A stretch of DNA of 36,418 nt from Myxococcota bacterium (GTDB lineage: Bacteria; Myxococcota_A; UBA9160; UBA4427). Shown here piece after piece: positions 32,354 to 36,418 of the stretch. The stretch lies in contig JBLHOB010000001.1 in assembly GCA_047619425.1 (NCBI GenBank), positions 1 through 36,418 on the forward strand, written 5' to 3'. Position numbers and translations under genes: made by a program. Numbering within the stretch: the first letter of the stretch is position 1; each line of letters opens with the position of its first letter. The notes beneath the pieces are model-generated. The model was given only the letters and a program-made list of their open reading frames with translations. It ran no database searches and was not told the origin of the DNA.

Positions 32354-33838
32354 GTGACTGCGACTGCTCTCCCCAAGCCCGAACGAGAAGAACAGCTGCT
32401 TCGCCTGCAACGCATGGAGGGCAAGCTGATCAAGGGCCTATTCGAACATCCAGGTGTTGTCAGTCGACGTTGCGAAAACCAACTTCGCTACGCGCTCGGC
32501 CTCGCATCGCTCGAAGTCTTCCAACCCGGCGCAGCCAAAAAGGGTGGCCGCAACAACCGGCCGGACGTGGTTGTGCGCTCGCCAGGGCTTGCGGGGTGGC
32601 GCAAACGTGTGCTTTCCAATTTGGGCGGAATCTTGACCGGCACCCGCGACAGCCGCAAGCGCGTCGAACTTGCGTGGCAAATCTTCGAGCCCATGCTTCC
32701 GGCGCTCGAGAAGACCCGAAGCGAAGTCATCGAAAAGTACGTCGACCACTTCAGCGCTCGAGAGCTGGACCAAGAGATCGGGATCAAGACCCTCGTCACG
32801 GTTGCGGGGGGAGGCGGTGGCTCGGGCTACGTCTACATGGGCGCCTGGGAGGTGTTGCAGAACGCGGGCCTGGTGCCCGGCTACGTCATCGGGGCGTCGA
32901 TCGGCTCGGTGCTCGGCTTGTTTCGTGCGCGACGCCGCAACGCCGACTTCAACGAGTACTTGGCACTCGCCAAAAGTATGAAACGCGAAGACATTTTTCG
33001 TTATGTCAGCATCAAAAACCGCTACGGACTGCCGGGGATCATGCGCCTGTACTTGCACGCGAGCATTGGCAGTGCATTCACCACCGAAGACAAGCGAGAG
33101 ATGCTGCTCTCCGATCTCGAGATTCCTTTCGAAGCCGTCGTCGCGGGTGTGCGACGCAATTCAGTTGGCGACAACGCGGCCAAGTACGCCCGCAACCATC
33201 ACTTGCCCCAAGACAAGCGACCGAGCCCTCTAGAACTGAAGGCGCAGATCGCCTCGCAGTTGGTGCGACTCGTTGGTTTCATCAACCCGCGCGCTGTACA
33301 AGAGATTGTGATTGGCGCGGACAAACTCACCGAGCACTTCAACGCCGTCGACGCTGCGGGGTTCTCAGCCGCCATCCCCGGGATCTTGCACTACGACGTG
33401 ACACGCAAAGACCCGCACATGAACGGCATCCTAAAAGAGCTGATGGAGCGCGAAGACGTGCTTGCCCTCGTTGACGGAGGTGTTGCGAACAACGTCCCCT
33501 CGCGCACCGCGTGGCAACAGGTTCAAGCGGGCAAAATCGGCACCCGTAATACCTACATCCTCGCGTTCGATTGCTTTCACCCGCAGATGAGTCTGGGACA
33601 TTTCTGGATGCAGCCCATCACGCGAGTCGTGGCCTACCAAGTTGCACTCAACCAGCGATACGCCCGCAAGCGCATTGAGTTCCGACCCACACTGTCTCCG
33701 ATGAATTTGCTTCCGCCCGCAAACGAGCTCGATCAGGCGGTCGGTTGGGGCAGGCAGCAGATGTCACAATCGCTGCCCGAAATTCAAAAGTTCTTTGAAC
33801 CCGTACGTTGGGTGGCACCGAACACCTCGAAGCCGTAA
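32354..33838 (+). CDS. Patatin-like phospholipase
   Basis: Oxyanion loop AGGGGGSGYVYMG, GxSxG nucleophile GASIGS and catalytic Asp in LVDGGVANNVP. The track ORF starts at 31955 but that overlaps gpsA. The plausible starts are the GTG at 32354 or the ATG at 32414. Confidence 0.85.
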   Translation: MTATALPKPEREEQLLRLQRMEGKLIKGLFEHPGVVSRRCENQLRYALGLASLEVFQPGAAKKGGRNNRPDVVVRSPGLAGWRKRVLSNLGGILTGTRDSRKRVELAWQIFEPMLPALEKTRSEVIEKYVDHFSARELDQEIGIKTLVTVAGGGGGSGYVYMGAWEVLQNAGLVPGYVIGASIGSVLGLFRARRRNADFNEYLALAKSMKREDIFRYVSIKNRYGLPGIMRLYLHASIGSAFTTEDKREMLLSDLEIPFEAVVAGVRRNSVGDNAAKYARNHHLPQDKRPSPLELKAQIASQLVRLVGFINPRAVQEIVIGADKLTEHFNAVDAAGFSAAIPGILHYDVTRKDPHMNGILKELMEREDVLALVDGGVANNVPSRTAWQQVQAGKIGTRNTYILAFDCFHPQMSLGHFWMQPITRVVAYQVALNQRYARKRIEFRPTLSPMNLLPPANELDQAVGWGRQQMSQSLPEIQKFFEPVRWVAPNTSKP

Positions 33839-33907
33839 CGACGCTTTCGCTTGGCCCGCACTCAACGCCACTGAAAATTCAACAAGAGAATTCGAACAGG
33901 AGTCGTC

Positions 33908-34558
33908 GTGGGAGATCAACTCGAGCTTGACCATCTCGTCTACTTCGTGCCTAGCCTCGCCGAAGCCATAGTGGAGTTTCAAAACTGCCTTGGTGTCGCG
34001 CCCCACGAAGGCGGCCGTCATGAAGGCATGGGGACCCACAACGCGATCCTGCCACTTGCCGGCACAAAGTACGTCGAGCTAATTGCCAAAGACCCGACTG
34101 CCCCCACGCCGAACCAACCGCGCCCCTTCGGCCTGGACGCGCTTACCGCACCCCGGCTCATCACCTGGGCGGCGCGTACGAGCGACATCGACGCAGCCAC
34201 GGCTCGATCCCGAAACGCAGGCTACGACCCGGGCATCATCCTCCCCATGTCGAGAAAGGAACCGGGCGGCGCAGAGCTTCGCTGGAAGCTTTCTCTGCCC
34301 ACCTCGCCGGAGAGTATGATCGGCGACGGGCTCGTCCCGTTCATCATTGACTGGGGAAACACGCCCCACCCCGCTCACGCAACCTCCAACGGTGAGCCCC
34401 AATGCGAGCTCGTCTCATTTGCGGGTTGCCACATCAAGCCCGACCCGGTTGTTGTGGCACTCGCTGCCCTGGGCGCAGAGCTCAAAGTGGCTTCGGGAAC
34501 CGCGCCAGGGTTGCGCGCTGAGCTGCGCGGACCGGCAGGTTCGCTGGTTCTGGACTGA
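33908..34558 (+). CDS. VOC / glyoxalase-like domain protein
   Basis: The GTG start has GGAG 6 nt upstream. LDHLVYFVPSLAEAIVEF...GGRHEGMGTHNAILPL..YVELIA is the glyoxalase-like (Glyoxalase_3-type) N-terminal pattern. Confidence 0.7.
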   Translation: MGDQLELDHLVYFVPSLAEAIVEFQNCLGVAPHEGGRHEGMGTHNAILPLAGTKYVELIAKDPTAPTPNQPRPFGLDALTAPRLITWAARTSDIDAATARSRNAGYDPGIILPMSRKEPGGAELRWKLSLPTSPESMIGDGLVPFIIDWGNTPHPAHATSNGEPQCELVSFAGCHIKPDPVVVALAALGAELKVASGTAPGLRAELRGPAGSLVLD

Positions 34559-34605
34559 TCAAATTCCGGTGAGCCGCGCCTAAACCACGAGCTTCCTGCG
34601 CTACA

Positions 34606-36048
34606 GTGCAGGGCGACGCGCCGTCAACGCACGACTTGGGTTGCATACCCAATGCCCGCCCATGCGGTGGAGAATTGTGCGGTCACGCGCTTGACCGCAC
34701 ACGCAGCGCCAAGCCCTTCTCCGTCAACCGCTACGCAATTGCCTACACCCATTTTTCTGCCAAGGTCAGGAGGCCCGTCATCTCTCAGCAACCCTCTTCT
34801 CCCGAAAACGATGCTTCGCCGAAACTGCCGACCCCCGGTTGGTACGGCGTTGAGCCCGTCGAGGGTCCTCAGCCAGAAGATCCTTACACTGGGTTCAAAG
34901 AGTTGCGCGAAACGCAACCGGTCAACCTGACCCCTGAAGGTGGATGGCGCCTCACGCGCTATGACGACGTGCGACGCCTGCTGCGCGCACCCCAGGCCGG
35001 CATGCGACTAACCAACGGCCTGCTGCCGGGACAGGACGAAGAAATCCCCGGCGGCGGTCTCTTCATGCTGCTGCAAGACCCACCGACACACACGCGTTTG
35101 CGCAAGCTCGTCAAAAAGGCCTTCACTCCCCGCGCCATCGAAGCGTGGCGACCCAAGGTTGAAACCGTGACGCAGCGACTCTTGGATAAAGTCGCCGCCA
35201 CGGGCGAGATGGATCTCATCGACGACCTCGCTCGCCCTGTACCTGCAACGCTGATCTGCGAGTTGCTCGGCGTCCCGACTGAAGACCAAGACGACTTCAC
35301 GCAATGGACTGCCGATGCGACGCACGGCTTGCTTACGATCCGCGGACTCGGTGACGACGCCATCGGCAAGCGCGTAGAAGCTGCGAGCACATCACTGATT
35401 GGCTACTTCAACAATCTCATCGAAGAACGCCGAAGCAACCTCGGTGACGATCTCCTCAGCGTGTTGATCTCCGCCGAAGAAGAGGGCGACAAGCTCGACC
35501 CACTGGAGTTGCTGTCACAATCCATTGGACTCTTGATCGCCGGCTTCGAAACAACCATCGGCTTGATCGGCAATGGGCTCACCACGTTGATCCGCCACCC
35601 CGATGAAATGGCCAAATTGCGCGCCAACCCCGAACTCGCTCCGAGCGCCGTCGAAGAATGCCTGCGCTACTCGGGCCCAATCGTCGCGACCATACGGGTG
35701 CTGCACGAGGACATGGAGTTCGGCGGTTTCACCATTCCGACGGACGCCGAGATTGTCGCGGTCCTCGCCGCGGCAAACCGAGACCCCGAAGTCTTTGAGG
35801 ACCCCGAGCGCTTCGACATCACGCGGTTCACGGACGACAAGAACGCCCCCGCCCAACTTTCATTTGGCGGTGGAGCGCACTTTTGTCTCGGAGCGCATCT
35901 GGCTCGCATCGAAACCGAAATTGCGATTCGCTCGTTGGTTGAGCGATTTGACGATCTCACATTGGTGAATCCAACCACCCAATGGGGCCGGTCGTTGTTT
36001 CGCGTACCGGGCCACGTACCGATCACCTTCACCGCGAGCAACCGATAG
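34606..36048 (+). CDS. Cytochrome P450
   Basis: I-helix AGFETT, ExxR (EECLRY) and the heme-thiolate loop [15 protein letters not shown]. The start is uncertain. The frame opens at the GTG at 34606 (480 aa), but the conserved core would fit about 420 aa (see finding). Confidence 0.9.
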   Translation: MQGDAPSTHDLGCIPNARPCGGELCGHALDRTRSAKPFSVNRYAIAYTHFSAKVRRPVISQQPSSPENDASPKLPTPGWYGVEPVEGPQPEDPYTGFKELRETQPVNLTPEGGWRLTRYDDVRRLLRAPQAGMRLTNGLLPGQDEEIPGGGLFMLLQDPPTHTRLRKLVKKAFTPRAIEAWRPKVETVTQRLLDKVAATGEMDLIDDLARPVPATLICELLGVPTEDQDDFTQWTADATHGLLTIRGLGDDAIGKRVEAASTSLIGYFNNLIEERRSNLGDDLLSVLISAEEEGDKLDPLELLSQSIGLLIAGFETTIGLIGNGLTTLIRHPDEMAKLRANPELAPSAVEECLRYSGPIVATIRVLHEDMEFGGFTIPTDAEIVAVLAAANRDPEVFEDPERFDITRFTDDKNAPAQLSFGGGAHFCLGAHLARIETEIAIRSLVERFDDLTLVNPTTQWGRSLFRVPGHVPITFTASNR

Positions 36049-36055
36049 TCATAAC

Positions 36056-36418
36056 ATGAGCGCACTGACATCTCTCATCGATTTACTCGATCTCGAGCAA
36101 CTCGAGCTCAACCTGTTTCGTGGACGCAGTCCACAAGAGCGTTCGCAACGTGTGTTCGGAGGCCAAGTCGTCGGCCAGGCACTCGTCGCCGCAAATCGCA
36201 CCGTTGAGGGGCGCGTCGCGCATTCGCTGAAGGGCGATTTCTTGCGGCCCGGCGATCCGAAGACCCCGATTATCTACGAGGTCGATCGCATTCGCGACGG
36301 CAGGTCGTTCGCCACACGACGCGTTGTAGCCATTCAACACGGCAAAGCGATCTTTGCGATGTCCGTTTCTTTTCAGAAACCCGAGGAAGGAATCGAGCAT
36401 CAAGTCCCGATGCCCGAT
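36056..36418 (+). CDS. tesB: Acyl-CoA thioesterase II, N-terminal part. The gene runs off the right edge of the window.
   Basis: It is absent from the ORF track because there is no stop. The ATG at 36056 gives [50 protein letters not shown]...[39 protein letters not shown]. This is near-collinear with E. coli TesB as I recall it. Confidence 0.9.
   Translation, partial: MSALTSLIDLLDLEQLELNLFRGRSPQERSQRVFGGQVVGQALVAANRTVEGRVAHSLKGDFLRPGDPKTPIIYEVDRIRDGRSFATRRVVAIQHGKAIFAMSVSFQKPEEGIEHQVPMPD

Noticed and set aside
32269-33474. 401-aa alternate-frame ORF within the patatin gene
   Set aside because: It is Arg/Pro/Ala-rich nonsense-like sequence. The patatin frame carries the GGxxG, GxSxG and DGG catalytic motifs.

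Overview
This is a GC-rich (roughly 60%) bacterial chromosomal window that is densely coding. I support about 33 protein genes. I found no rRNA, tRNA, CRISPR array, transposase or integrase. All family names come from motif recognition by eye, not from database searches.

There are four blocks.

(1) 769..10812 (minus strand) is a tightly packed eight-gene envelope operon. Every product carries an export signal or a membrane anchor. A divergent ExbD/TolR-like gene and a MotA/TolQ/ExbB-like gene are separated by three genes: an atypical proline-rich TonB-like anchor protein, a 680-aa helical secreted protein and a small lipoprotein. Upstream lie a CxxCH protein, a LamG lipoprotein and a Tat-signal protein of the planctomycete DUF15xx type. 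No TonB-dependent receptor is present. This is my best candidate for an undescribed system.

(2) 11071..16517 (plus strand) is a DsbD / TlpA-thioredoxin / DUF4266-like lipoprotein / DUF3570-like barrel / ApbE cluster. The barrel protein carries two tandem MSGAT motifs that resemble ApbE flavinylation sites.

(3) 28234..29400 (minus strand) is an AhpD/CMD-like gene that the ORF track splits in two at an in-frame TGA. The TGA sits exactly where the second Cys of the CxxC active-site motif belongs, and a stem-loop follows it. This is a candidate selenocysteine codon (CxxU).

(4) The remaining genes are lipid, redox and transport housekeeping: two crotonases, an SDR, an MFS transporter, Amt, PanE-like, GpsA, patatin, a VOC protein, a P450, TesB, a GAF-PAS histidine kinase and an FkbM methyltransferase. 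Both window edges cut genes: a Na+/H+ antiporter at the 5' edge and tesB at the 3' edge.

Most other long ORFs in the track are opposite-strand or alternate-frame shadows typical of high-GC DNA.
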